A stretch of DNA of 64,000 bases. It comes from Phaeosaccion multiseriatum. Taxonomy: Eukaryota > Protista > Ochrophyta, other classes. Position 1 is the stretch's first letter, and the number at the start of each line of letters is the position of its first letter. The notes under the pieces were generated by a model. It had not been told where the DNA came from. It saw only the letters and a program-made list of their open reading frames with translations, and made no database searches. The position numbers were made by a program, and so were the translations under genes. The DNA lies in NCBI GenBank assembly GCA_965112735.1, contig OZ218961.1:1860001-1924000 (forward strand), read 5' to 3'. Below are positions 24,701 to 38,227 of the stretch, piece by piece.

Positions 24701-27041
24701 CAGAACGGACAAGGTGGGATGGGGGCTTTCGGCCCTCCTCCTCCTCCTCCTCCTCCGCAGCAGCAGTTCCCGCAGCAGTTCCAGCAGCAGCCAGGGACGA
24801 TGGGGGGCTATCAGCAAGGGCATAGCCAGCCAGAGCATCTGAAACAAGTCAGAGAGAGTGGGGGGGAAGAGTTGGTGGTACAGCAGCAGCAGCCTGCAAA
24901 GGACGGGGGCAAGGACACCGAAGCAGCGGCTGGTGAACAGCTGCAACAGTTGGTGATACAGGAGGGGGAGGAGCAGAAGGAGGACGACGGGGAGGACAAG
25001 AAGGGGCTGCCGGATCAGCAGCTCAACTACCAGCAGCAGCAGCAACAGTTGATGATACAGCAGCAGCAGGAGCAGCACAAGTCGGACGCCATTTGTAAGC
25101 TGTACCACATTGCCAACCTCCGCCGTGCGTATAGGCAACAGAGGAGCTCCAGCGGCTTCAGCAACACAACGCCGAACATGGAGATGATGGTGAAGGTTAG
25201 CGACAAGGACTATCATGACATCAACGGGGGGGGGCAAGGAGGAGGAGGAGAAGGGGAGGAGAAGGGGGGAGAGGTGGAGGTGGAAGAGAAGGGGGAGAAG
25301 AAGGAAGAAGGGAATAACAAGGCCCAGGATAAGAAGGAAGAGGAGAAGGAGATGACGAAGGAGAAGCAGGAGAAGGAGTTGGCGAAGGAGAAGGAGGAAA
25401 AGAAGGAGGAGGCGCAGTGGTTTCTGCAGTTCGGAGCCGACCGCTGCGACACGCCGGCGAAGCTCCTGTGTAGTGAGTTAATGACGATGGCAGGAGAGGC
25501 CTTGGGCTTCTTGGGTATGCAGGAACCCACTCTAGGCCTTCCCTTCACCATACATGAGCCGCTCTGCAGCTTCTATCGGAAAGGTTAGTTTTTTTTTGTG
25601 TTGTTTAATGTGTGGTCTTTGGGCTTGGGTTAGTGGTAGAGGTGTATGGGGAGGAAGGGACGAAGGGAGGGAGGGAGGGAGAGAGAGAGAGAGAGGCCGC
25701 ATCTCCCGTCTCCTCTTTGGCCTCCCCTTCCACTTTCACCGCCCCCCTCACTCACTTCACTCACTCACTCACTCACTTCGCTCACTCACTCACTCACTCA
25801 CTCAGCCCCCGCCCCCGTCCACTGCCATCCCTCCCTCCCACTGACTTACTACTACTCATACTCTTAGGGGCCTGTAAATGGGGTGCGCAGTGCAAGTTCG
25901 TGCATAAAGACTGCCCTCGAGGCGATGAGTGCGAAGACGCCACCTGCGCAATGGGCCACTCTCCGTACTGGTCGCTGCGGGCTACTCCTGCCCCCAGCGG
26001 GGGAGCCAAACCGGTGGTTAGTCCGCACCCAGGCAAGTACCTTCCCGTCCTTTTTCTCCAGTTTCTCCTCCTCCTCCTCCTCCTCCTCCTCCTCCTCCTC
26101 CTCCTCCTCCTCCTCCTCCTCCTCCTCCTCCTCCTCCTCTTCCTCCTCCCCCTCCTCCTCCCCTTCCTGCTTCTCTCTCCTCCTTGGAACCCTATCGACA
26201 TGAACTATCCTCCTGTTGTGGCTCAGTAAGACTCGAACACATCGATTTCAAATCTCGATATCGATATCGAACATATCGATCTCAATATCGATAAACTAAC
26301 TCGAACACATCGATCTCAATCTCCATAAACTAACTCGAACACATCGATCTCAAATCTCGATATCCGTATCGAACAGGCAAGCACTGCGGCATGGGTCTCG
26401 CTGCTTACGTGCAGTGGACGAGCCCCATTCGAAAGGTGAGGAGTGGGGGGTAGCGGCGGGGGGGAGGGGATTCATTGACTTGAAAGGACAGCAACCTAGC
26501 TTTTTCGCACGTGTGTGTGTGTAAGGAGGGGGGGTGGAGGGGATGGGTGGGTTGAGGCGGGTATGGAAGCGGGTACGTGAGCATCCTCCCCTTGTTTTGG
26601 TTGGCTGCTTGTGGCTTGCGACCCTTGTGCTTCGACATGCCCCCTCTTTTGCCTTTTTTTCCTTTCTTTTCACTCTCTTTCTTGTACGTGTACTTGTTTT
26701 CACTTTGCATTGTGTGTTTGCTTTGGTTTCACACGTCCATTTCCCCCCTCCCTTCATGCCCCCTCTCCCTCCCCTGTATCACCACCTCAGTTCTCCAATC
26801 TGCTCGTTCTGTACCAGCTCAAGAAGTTCCTCAAGGCCAGGAGGGGACAGAGTGCACAGCCCATGAGCGGCAAGGCTCTCTGCAACGAGGTCAGTGGCCG
26901 TCAGGAAGTGGGCTTCATGAAGTGGGTCTGAGTGGGCATTCCAGAGAGGGCATTCCCGAGTGGGCATTCCCGAGTGGGCATTCCCGAGTGGGCGTTCCCG
27001 AGTGGGCTTACTTAAAGTGGGCGTACTCCCGTCACTCTCTT

Positions 27042-27072
<31 letters not shown>

Positions 27073-28033
27073 TGTCTTTCTCTCTCCCTCCCCTCCTCCC
27101 AATTTACCTTTCGCCCTTCGTCCACTGCCATCCCCCCTCCTCTCTACTTTGGTCCCCTCAGATTGCAGCAGGAGGCTCTATGCGTGCCGCCATCGATGCC
27201 CTCTATACGTGCTCTAGACACAAGTACTGGCTGCTTGAGTATCTGAGAAGGAGGGTGGCAGTGGATGGACCACAGGCCTTCACCGCGGTGGTCAAGAGGA
27301 GCGTGCTGGTGCAGGGGGGGGCGGAGGAAGGTGAGGGAGAGGGGGAGGGAGAGGAAGAGGGGGGCGGGCTTCAGTCTTACGTAGTAGTACGTAGTACAAG
27401 TAGTAGTGTAGTAGTACGGCAGCGTTTTCCATGAATGAACCCTTACCAGCAGTCGCGCCTCACCCCTCCCCTCCTGCCTGCTCCCGCCCTTGCCTCTCTT
27501 GCCATGCCTCCTGTCCATCTGTGAACCATCTATACGAACAACTAACTCGCCCACACACACACATGCACACACATCACACACCAAATAATACACCTACACG
27601 CGCACGCACACACAAACATACGACGCGCCCACACACGCACACACACACACACACACACCAATTGACTTAGGCATGTGGAAGCTGAGTCTCATGCTTCAGG
27701 GCCTGTGGGCAACAGTCGAGCATACGGCAAAGGTGCGGGCACGGGCAAAGCACAGGAAGAGGGGGGGGCGGCATAGGACTTAGTCAGTCAATCACCCACT
27801 CACCCACTCAACCACTCCCTCCCTCCCTCCCTCCGTCCCTCCCTCTCTCCCTCCGTCCCTCGCTCCCTCCCTCCCTCGCTCCTTCCCTCCCTCCCTCACT
27901 CACTCACTCACTCACCCACGCACTCACTCCCTCATCTGTGTCGAAGGTCCGGGTGCCGAATGGAGCCACTGTGCACGTTACCATCATCGGTGCTGACCCT
28001 CTGGCACAGAAACTGGATATGAGCTTGGGGTAG
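22096..28033 (+). CDS. RNase II/RNase R (RNB-domain) exoribonuclease-like protein with Q-rich N-terminus, internal tandem CCCH zinc fingers and S1-like C-terminus
   Basis: RNB motifs: RRDLTNIPIYTIDNVDTTTHDDGIS, VWVHIADV, R.TYEAV, AKLLCSELMTMAGE and HCGMGLAAYVQWTSPIRK|FSNLL. A CCCH exon lies at 25868-26032. The last exon is VRVPNGATVHVTIIGADPLAQKLDMSLG*. Confidence 0.85.
23805..23965. repeat. Intronic minisatellite, 25-bp unit x~6
   Basis: CACTCACCATATGCTTCCACCCAAA tandem copies. Confidence 0.9.
26930..27010. repeat. Intronic 14-bp tandem repeat x~5
   Basis: GAGTGGGCATTCCC repeated. Confidence 0.85.
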
Positions 28034-28063
28034 GGACTTGGTGATACACAGGGAGGGGCAGAG

Positions 28064-28120
28064 GGATGATGATGATGATGACGATGGTGGTGGTGATGAT
28101 GAAGATGGTGATGATGATGA

Positions 28121-28173
<53 letters not shown>

Positions 28174-28319
28174 GATGGTGATGGTGATGATGATGATGAA
28201 GATGGTGATAGGGTTGGTGATGATGATGATGATGAATATGGTGATGGTGATGGTGGTTATGATGATGATGATGATGAATATGGTGATGGTTATGATGATG
28301 ATGATGATGATGAAGATGG

Positions 28320-28350
<31 letters not shown>

Positions 28351-28515
28351 GATGAAGATGGTGATGGTGATGCTGAGCACCTGAGCTGGAGCGTATTGAT
28401 GTGAAGTAAAGAAACTGAAACTGAGAGCCTGAGGGGCGGATGGCAGTGAATGGATGATAATGACGGTGAGGATGATGATGATGAGGATGGTGATGATGAT
28501 GATGATGACGATGAC

Positions 28516-28565
<50 letters not shown>

Positions 28566-28590
28566 CGATGATGATGATGATGACGATGAT
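28064..28590. repeat. (GAT)n microsatellite between convergent genes
   Basis: Two long imperfect GAT/GGT tracts. Confidence 0.95.
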
Positions 28591-28915
28591 AATGCAGCAC
28601 CTGAGAGCTCTGGAGCGTATCGATGTCAATGTGTTCGATATACATTGGTCTATCGAGCACATGGAGGGAGTGGGGGCTGTGGTTCTTTTGAGCTCACTCT
28701 CAATGGAAGGATTGACAGATACACAGTTAGAGATAGATAGACAGACAGGCGGACAGACAGACAAGATAGATAGATAGATAGATAGATGGATAGGTAAGTA
28801 GATATACACGATAATTCAATTACATTACTTTGGCGACGTAGTGATACTATGGGGGAAGCTATCCTACGAATGGCTTGACCGCAGCAGCACAAAGAGACCG
28901 AACGTGCCAACATTG

Positions 28916-31900
28916 TTATTGCATGACGCATCCTTCGGCAGCGCCTGCCAGTGCCAGCGGTGCCGCTTTGGCAGCTGATGATGCACCACCAGCAGCAGCA
29001 GCAGCAGCAGCAGCATCAGCAGCAGTTGGTGATACAGAAGCAGAAGCAGTCTTGGGGAAGAAGGGGTTGCTGGGGGGCCCAGCATCAGGGTGGGCAGTTG
29101 GTGATACAGGGGAGGAGGAGAGCTGAGCCAGGGCGTATCGGGCATTTTGAGCCACAGATGGCGCATTGTAGAACTTTGTGGCTGCCCTCTCGATGCTTTC
29201 CTTGCCTCCGGCCCGAACGATAGCTTCTCTGAGTCCTTCGTCTGCGGCCAGAGACCCGAGGCTCCACGAGCCAGCGGCCTGTGGGGGGAGGAGGGAGGGA
29301 GGGAGGGAGGGAGGGAGGGAGGAGGGGAGGGAGGGAGGGAGGGAGGGAGGGAGGGAGGGAGGGAGGGAGGGAGGGAGGGAGGGAGGGAGGGAGGGAGGGA
29401 GGGAGGGAGGGAGGGAGGGAGGGAGGGAGGGAGGGAGGGAGGGAGGGAGGGAGGGAGGGAAGGAGGGAGGGAGGGAGGGAGGGAGGGAGGGAAGGAGGGA
29501 GGGAGGGAGGGAGGGGCAGTTCGTTACTAAGAGGGGCACTCAACACACCACCACACCACCCTACGAAACACAACTCCCTCTACCTTTCTCCTTCCACCAC
29601 TCGGGGTACAACTTCGGCTCCACTCAATCAAAGGAGGTGACTCTCGACAAGCGTTGGATCTACCACTCCTGCTATTCTTCTTTCGAAAGAGAGGCATTGA
29701 AACTGAACGTACAGTCGTATCCAAAACTGAAACTGAGAATCATACCACTACCTGGACCGTGGGCGAGTCGAGGCACGTAGTCAGTGCCGTGACGATGAGA
29801 GGGACTCCGTGTCGGGATAGGAGAGATGCGGAGGCAATTGACGAGTCCTTGATGAATAGATTGGCAACACTCAGGCTGGGGGGGGGGAGGGAAGGGAGGG
29901 AGGAGGGGAGAGAGAGTGGGAGGCTGAGTGAGTGAGTGAGTGAGTGAGGGAGGGATACCGGGTACAAGAGTGAGTCAGGTAGTTAAGGACTAGGTCAGGC
30001 GAAAAGTCAATGGGTGTGTGAGTGAGTGGGTGTGTGAGTGAGTGAGTGTCTCACCTGCCCAGTCCTAGGACCCTCACGCTTTGAGGGAAGAGAGTCATGG
30101 CAGAGAGGGAGAGCTCCAGCGCCAGAGATGTGTCCAGGCGGACCTGTTGGTGATTCAGGGGGGGAGGGAGGGAGGGGGGGGGGGTGAGAGGGAGGGAGGG
30201 AGGAAGGGAGGTAGGGGGTGGGTGAGTGAGGGGGGGGGGGGGAGAGGGAGGGAGGAAAGGAGAGAGGACAGACGGGGAGAGAAGGGGGGGGGAGGAGAGA
30301 GGAGACAAGGGAGAGGAGGGAGGAGAAAGGGGAGAGGAGAGAGTAAGTCACCAAGACTACGATCACGTAAGTGCTTACGCACCACAGAATCTGCGCAGAT
30401 GGCTGGGTTTCCGAGTACGCATAGTGCAGCAGCAACCCCCCCCTGAGCCCTCTCGGAGAGGGGAGGGTGGGGAGGGTCATCAACGGGGTGCATCGTGTGC
30501 TGTAAGGCGTGGAGGAGTACGCTCATGCCACCGTCGGAGGCCAGCTGAGGGGGAGGGAGGGAAGGAGGGAGGGAGGGAGGGAGGGAAGTATGGGTGAGGG
30601 GGAGTAGCAGGAGGCAATGGGGCAGGTCATTGATTGTCTCTCTCTCTTCTCTCCTCCTCCTCCTCCTCCTCCTCCTCCTCCTCCTCCCAAGCAAACCTCT
30701 CACCTCCAGCAGGTTGCCCTCCTCCCCACTCGCGTAGGCCGCCAAGCAGCGAAGACCCAACACTTGTACTTGCTGGTCAAGGGGGAAGCGCCTCATCGCG
30801 TCCAGGAGGACAACACCCTTCCCCTTCCCCCTCCCCTTCCCTTTATGTACTACTCCACCTCTCTTCCTTTCGACGATTGCCTTCCGCTTGGAGAGGGCCT
30901 TCAGACTCCGTCTTTGCACACCAATGTCCAACGCGTGCTTTTTCATCACCGCAAAGAAGGGCACATCATCACCATCGTCACCATCATCACCATCGTCATC
31001 ATCAGCACCGTCGTCGACACCCCTGACGTGAACCATCCCCTCACCCCCACCCCCCTCGCCAGTCTTGCCCGTCCAACTGGCTGCACTGGCTGCTGTATCA
31101 CCAACTGCTGCACGCTCCCTGATGGCTGCGGAGGCTTTGACAGCCGCTGCGAAGTCCGCCTCCGCCATTCTCGGACTGAGCCCGTGCGACTGCTGCTGTT
31201 GTATTACCAACTGCTGCTGATACTCCTGACTTTCAGTGGTGCCGCCGAAAGAAGGAGCACGAGAAGAGAGAGGAGGAGGGGACAGAGACAGAGCCTGTAC
31301 GGGGGAAAGGGAGGAGGACGGGGGCGGACGAGGAGGAGAAACCGCCGTGCCCACAGACCTCGATGGCACCGCATGGACAGAAGAGGGAGGACGAGGAGGG
31401 GAGAGGGAGTAGCGGCCACACACATACCCTCCTCCTCCCCCTCCTCCTCCTGCGCCACTCGTGTCTGCCGTTGCGCCACTCCCCGAGGCGGAATACCCTG
31501 CCACTTGTTCTTTGGCTGTTGCTGCTGTATCACCAACTGCTGCTACTGCACCCCTTGGCCTTCTCCGCCTTGTCGTGGTGATGGCTCTCCTCGATTCCCT
31601 CCTCGGCTCCCTCCTCCTACTGCTACTCCTCTTCCTGCTCCTCCTGCTGCTCCTCCTGCTGCTACTCCTGCTACTCCTACTCCTGCCACTGCTGCCACTG
31701 CTGCTGCTGCGGCTGCGGCTGGTGGTGCTGCTGCTGCTGCGGTAGTCAGGGAGTCGATGAGCTGCACGACGGCGGTGGTGGTGGTGCCTATCCCTCTCCG
31801 GCTTTAGGTACCCATCCGTAGGCAAGTACTGCTTCTGCTTCTTCATGCTACTATGGTTGGGTCGCCGACGCCCACTACTACTCCTACTTGGTGCTTGGCG

Positions 31901-32822
31901 GTGACGCTGCCGAGGAGAAGACAAAGAAGGGCCTGAGCCACGAGTACGACTCTGAGTGGGGCCCAGGCCTAGACGTACGCCTCCAACTACTCCGGGTGGT
32001 GGTGAGTGCGAAGAGTGTGTCTTGTTCGTCTTGTCGAGCCCCTTGAGTCCCTTCTCCTCGTCGCTGGAGAGCACTGCTGTGATGGTCCTGGCCACTGCGG
32101 CGCTCACCGATAGGGTATATCTGCTTGGCCTTGTTTGCGGTGCGAGGAGAGCCAGAAGGCCCCTGCAGAGCTTGAGTTGGAGCAAGAGGTCCTCTATTAC
32201 CTCAGTGGTGTGTTGTTTGTTTGAGGTGTGACGGAGGAAGGTTTTGGTGGGTACAGAGAGGAATTCGGACAGGAGTCTATGGTCCTTCACCACTAGCGGG
32301 GAGTCCATCACCGTCTGAGGGGGGAGGGAAAGACGAGAAGGAGGTAGAGGAGCCACAGTCAGGGGGGAGAGGGTGAGGTAGTGAGTGAGAGGGAGAGGGA
32401 AACAGGACGGGTTCACAGAGAGAGAGGGGGGAGAGAGAGGATGGCGACACAGAGAGAGGCTAGAGATAGTGTGAGGCAGAGGGGGCGGAGGGAGAGATAG
32501 AAGAGGGAGAAAGAAAGAGGGAGAGGAGAGAGAGGGTCGAGAGAGAGGGTTGAGAGAGGGAGAGGATGGAAAGAGAGATAGGAGAGAGAAGGAGAGAGGG
32601 TGGGATGGAGGGAGAGGAGAGAGAGGAAGAGACAGACAGATAGATAGATAAATAGAGAGAGAGAGAGAGAGAGAAACCTATCTATCTATCTACACTCACA
32701 CTGATGAGGCAAGCGAGCTCGGCGCGGTCTTGCAGGTCCTGCAGAGACACAGGGGCAGACGAGCCCTCCATCTCGCGCTGCCGCTCGAGGATCCTCTCCA
32801 CAGCCGATGCCGCTGCCGCCAT
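28916..32822 (-). CDS. Armadillo-repeat-like protein with long S/R/P-rich low-complexity middle
   Basis: First exon MAAAASAVERILERQREM. C-terminal ARM-like helices: LLDAMRRFPLDQQVQVLGLRCLAAYA, GGMSVLLHAL, AMTLFPQSVRV, HGVPLIVTAL and AAGSWSLGSLA...AIVRAGGKESI...VAQNARYALAQL. Splice sites are canonical. Confidence 0.7.
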
Positions 32823-33113
32823 CTTGGCGGGAGTTAAATTAAGGGATGTCGGAGCCAACTCAACCGTCACGTTCGGGACCACCCCAGCGTGGAGTCCTCA
32901 CCACACCCCCCCCCTTCTCTCTTCTCTCTACAAAAAGCTTAGCTTCCACCCACGGGAATAACTAGGTAACTCGTACATCACTCAGCTGCAGTGCTCGTCG
33001 AGACGAGGAGGGTGGGAGCAGAGGAGAGAGAAAATAAGGAGAGAGAAGCGGAGAAAAGGGGGGAACATTTCAGCCCATTTGCGACTTGGCTTTGGGGCAG
33101 CAGGAGAAGCAGG

Positions 33114-35761
33114 ATGGCGGACGAGGACCCCCACGACAGCGCAGGAGAGGAGGAGGAGAAGCAGGAGGAGCAGGGGGGAGAGCAGGGAGGGGAGGAGGGG
33201 GAGGAGGCGGGCCAGGATGCCGGCGGAGGGGGGTGGGCAGCTCGAGCACTGCGGTCTTGGATCGCTCCCGCAGCTCCCGCAGCTCCGGCGGGCGGGGCGG
33301 CGTTGGGAGGGACGGCGGCGGGGACGGCTGAGCAGGCACCCCCTATGACCGCAGAACAGATGAGGGAGAAGCGTCTTGCCGCCATGCTGGCCAGGGAGAA
33401 GAAGGAGAAGGAGGCGGCAGCCGCAGCAGCTGCAGCAGCAGCAGCAGCAGAAGGAGAAGGGAGAGGAGAAGGAGCACTGCCCCAGCCCCCTTCGGAATCA
33501 TCTGCCCCCAGCCCGATGGACGTAGACGACCACCCTTCCCCGGAACCGGGGCCAACAGAAGCAGCAGCAGCACCAGCATCACCAGCTCCAGCAGCACCAG
33601 GAGCAGGGAAATCGGCCCCCATGCCACCACCACCACCAACCGCAGCAACAGCCACAGCAGCAGCAGCACCAGCAGCACCAGCTCCAGCAGCACCAGGAGC
33701 AGGGAAATCGGCCCCCATGCCACCACCACCACCAACCGCAGCAACAGCCACAGCAGCAGCAGTGGTAAAGCCCCCGGCCCTTCCGTCACCAAAGACCCCG
33801 GCAGCCCAGGTGAAGGCCTCCGCGCCCCCCGCGGCCCCATCGACTCCTACCCTACCGCAGCGAATCAACGCCCACCTGAAGGCGGCTCTTCGGGTAACCC
33901 TCACCGAGTCCAGCTCCTCACGCACAGGAGGAGTAGGAGGAGGAGGAGGAGGAGGAGTGGGAGGAATGGCTCCGCTGTTTATGGCGGAGTTTGCAGCGGC
34001 AGAGCAGGCAGACATGGTCACTTCTGACAACGCGGAGGACGGAGGAGGAGGAGGAGGAGGAGGAGGAGCTCCCCCCCCCCTCCTCCTTAGCGCGGAGAAC
34101 TTGCCTGAGATTCTGTGCGCACGGCTGGGGAAGGACGGGCAGCCGGAGGGTGGATTGGTCTATCTCGCCTCCTGCTTCCAACGCATCCATGAGGAGGAGA
34201 TGACTGCACGACGCAAGCTTACGGGCAAGAAGAGGAAGGGACCCGGGCAGGAGGGGCAGGAGGGGCAGCAGGGGCGGCAGGAGAGACAGGGACAGGGGGT
34301 GGAGGGACAGGAGGGGACGTCCGAGCAGCAAGTATCGGACGACTTGAATGGTGTGCTGGAGGCACTGCAAGAGGCGAGGACACTCATCATCAGCTACAGT
34401 TCCTCGGTGTTGGAGGAGCCGGGGGTGTTCGGCGGGCCCACGGAGAACGCTCGAGAGCAGCTCATTCACTTCCTGGGGGGAGGAGGAGGAGGAGGAGGAG
34501 AAGGCGGTGGGGTGATGATCCTTCCTGGGGGCTTTCTCAATCTCGTGGTGGAGAGCCTGGAGGAGCAAGGGGTACTTGGAGAAGCACTGACACCCGTACT
34601 GGACACGCTGATGCAGCAAGTAGCAGCCTTCCGGTCCGTGACGAGTGACTGGCTGGGGCCCTTCCGCGCCATTACACAGCTGTGTGCCAACCGCCGAGTA
34701 GCAAGGTTGTTCACCGAGTCCCCCAAATTCCTGTTGCCGCCGAGAGGGAGCGAGGCGGCGAAACCGATAATCGTTTCGCAGAGGGCGAGGATGGATGCGT
34801 ATATGAGGGGTCTACCGGTGCCGCAGTCGGAGTATCCAAGGAGTGGGGCCGGGGTGGAGAAGCACACGTGGCTGGGACAGGTGAGTGAGTGAGGGAGGGA
34901 GGGAGGGAGCGACGGAGGAGGGAACGGAGGGAGGGAGGAGGGAAGGGAGGGAGGGAGGAGGGAATGGAGGTAGGGAGGAGGGAATGGAGGGAGGAGGGAA
35001 GGGAGGGAGGGAGGGAGGGAGGGAGGAGGGAAGGGAGGGAGGGAGGGAGGGACAGGCACCAGCATGAACATCATGATTTTCGTTCTCACTCCGCTGCACC
35101 CACCCACCCATTGACTTACTGTCCACCCATTGACTTACTAGATTGTGCGCATTGGTCTGTCTCCGGAGGACCCCTCATCTCTAGAGGAGTTCAGTGATCC
35201 TGATCGCATGACGCGCAACGTACTGGACAGCAAGATGAGGGTTCTGCGAGGGCAGGTGTGTGTCTCTTGTGGTCCGTACATAAGGGGTGTTTTGGTCTTC
35301 GTTGCTCTTAGACAGCAGGATGAGGGTTAGGGGTGTTTGTTCTTAATTTTGATCTTAATGGTCTGTACGTTAAGGATGTGCGTGTATATGTCTACTTGTG
35401 TATGTGTGCTCTTGTGTGTGCTTGTATGTGTGTTTTTGTTTGTTTGCGTGTGTGCGTATGGGGTGGGTGTGCGCATGTGGTGGTGGGTGTGCGTGTGCGT
35501 GTGCGTGTGCATATCCACGACGTCGTCATCGAACTGAAACTGAACACTGATGTTACGAACCAAACCAGGTGGGCACGCAGCAGCAGACAGCGGGGGACCT
35601 GTTCAGCCTCTTGTTCAAGGCTTCTGTGGGCAAGGGGGGCGCCCCCATTGTGAGGCACCGCCTGGTGCGGTGGGTGGCCGAGACACTCCGGCTCAACGTG
35701 CATGCGGAGGTGGGTGGGGGGTGAACTTTATTAACCTACAGGAGTCACCGTAAGAAACTGA

Positions 35762-35799
<38 letters not shown>

Positions 35800-37822
35800 G
35801 CGTGTGTGTGTGTGTGTGTGGGGGGGGGGGGGCTCTTAGTTAAGTCTAAGGGCTACCCCGGAGTCTGCTCCTAAAGCTGTCGTCACTCTCCGATTTTCAA
35901 CCCCCTCCCGCGTCCGCCCCCCTACCCCCTCCCCTCCCCCACCTCCCTCCCTCCCTCCCCACCCCCCAGGCCTCCCGGCCAGACCGGCTCCGCACCGCCA
36001 ACTCCATAACGCTGATCAACACTGCTGTGATGATGCTTCGCCTCACCATGCCCATTGTAAAGGACAAGGCTAAGCTTTCCAAGATCGATGCTCCCTCTCT
36101 CCTTACCTCCGACAAAGCACGCCTTGCCGTATTCCCTAGCGACACCACCATGCTCATGGTCAGTTTGGGTTCGAGTTTGCTAGGGTTTGTTTGTTTGTTT
36201 GTTTGTTTGTTTGAGTTTATTCTGTTACAATTAGACCTCAATATCGAATGTTTCTGTGGCTGATATCGATGTCGAATGCTTCTGATGGTCAACTCAACAG
36301 GTCAAGCCGGGGAGTGATGATGACAGCGGAGGAGGGGAGGGACGTGACGAGGAGGAAGGAGGGGAGGGAGGCGGAGGAGGAGGAGGAGGAGGAGGAGGAG
36401 GAGGAGGAGGAGGAGGAGGTGGAGAAGGAGGAGGAGAAGGAGGAGGAGGAGGAGCGGGAGCGGGAGCAGCAGCACTAGGAGGAGGAGGGGCAGCAGCAGG
36501 TGCAGCAGCAGCAGCAGGTGCAGCAGCAGCAGCAGGTGCAGCAGCAGCAGCAGGAACAGGGGGGAGTCGTACAGCAGTTGGTAGTCAGACCAAAGAACCT
36601 GATGACGAGCTGGCCACAGCCCTTGGCACCCCCCTGGAGGAGTTGAAGAGTACCACTACCCAGCTCTTCTTCTTGACTTGGAGGGCCCTCCACCTGGGGC
36701 CTCTGGCCGTCATGGTCAGGCACGATAACTTGCAGCGAACGATCGGGGGCCGTTCTAGGGACATGAGGAGGCTAGAGGCGGCGGGCGGCGAGCAGCACGA
36801 GAGGGCAGTCACGGCCTTTAAGCAGGCTTTGGCTTTCAACTTTGGTGAGTGTGGGCGGGTGGGTGGGTGGGTGGGTGGGTGTGGTTTTTGTCAATGGGTG
36901 TGTGGGTCGGTGGGTGGGTGGGTGGGTGGGTGGAGGGAGGAAGGAAGCAAGGAAGGGAGGGAGGGAGGGAGGGAGGGAGGGACAGGGGAGGAGGGAGGAG
37001 GAGGAGAGTGGGGGGGGAAGGAAGGAAGAGATGGAGGAAGGAAGGAAGGAAGGAGGCATCATTCAGTCAGTCAGTCGGGAAAGGGGCTAAGATGTCCGCC
37101 TGAACGTCCACCTGCTGTACCACCAATTCACTGTCACCACATGCTACCACTGTATCAAACTGTATCTCCCCCCAACCGCCAACTCCTGTATCACCAACTA
37201 CCCACCCACCCCCACCCCCACCCCCCCCCCCTTTCAGTGACCGAGGTGACGCTCTGCCATCCCGACACCCTCAACGACATGCTACAGTTCTTCCTCGCCG
37301 CCGGTGACTGGCTCCTCGAAACCATCTGCGCAACCACTTCCATCCCCTTGCACTCCTCGGAACACGACACCCCCGTCGACCTCTCCTCCTTCCCTAAGGA
37401 CTCTCTCTTTTGGCGACTGCCGGAGCACTTGCTTGACGACATACTCGATTTCATGACGTTTGTCTCCAACTATGCCCCCGAGACACTGAGTCACACATCC
37501 CTCGATTCTTTCATGAAGACTGCGGTGTTTGTGTTGGCCCACCCCTCGCTGGTCCGATCCCCACACCTCCGCGCCAAGCTGGGGGACATTCTGTACTACA
37601 TCTTCTTGCCGGACGATGAAAAGCCCAACGGTGGCAACCGAGGTGCGTGTGCGTGCGTGCGTGCGTGCGTGCGTGTGTGTATGTGCGTGTGCTTGGGGGC
37701 GTAGGTGGTTGTGGGTGTGGGAGTGAGTTTCATCGTCAATACATGGTCAACGGCTTCGAGCAGGTGCCGTGTGCGTTGGGGTAAGAATGACGCCTCCTAC
37801 ACGCCTTTTTATGCTGCTATTG

Positions 37823-37886
<64 letters not shown>

Positions 37887-37993
37887 CACTACTACTACTA
37901 CTACTACTACCACTACTACCACTACTACTACTACTACTACCACTACTACTACTTACTACTACCCCCTCCTCCTCCTCCTACTACTACTACTAT

Positions 37994-38059
<66 letters not shown>

Positions 38060-38096
38060 ACTACTACTACTACTACTACTACTACTACCACTACTG

Positions 38097-38130
<34 letters not shown>

Positions 38131-38190
38131 CACTACTACTTACTACTACTACTACTACTACTGCTACCAGTACTACCACTACTACTGCTG

Positions 38191-38227
<37 letters not shown>

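Noticed and set aside
27904-28809. Poly-His/Ile/Met/Asp ORFs
   Set aside because: These are translations of the (GAT)n microsatellite.
32701-32730. Hammerhead-like CTGATGA cores (also near 14604, 42418 and 62204)
   Set aside because: No correctly placed GAAA or stems; three of the four sites coincide with exon ends or splice acceptors.
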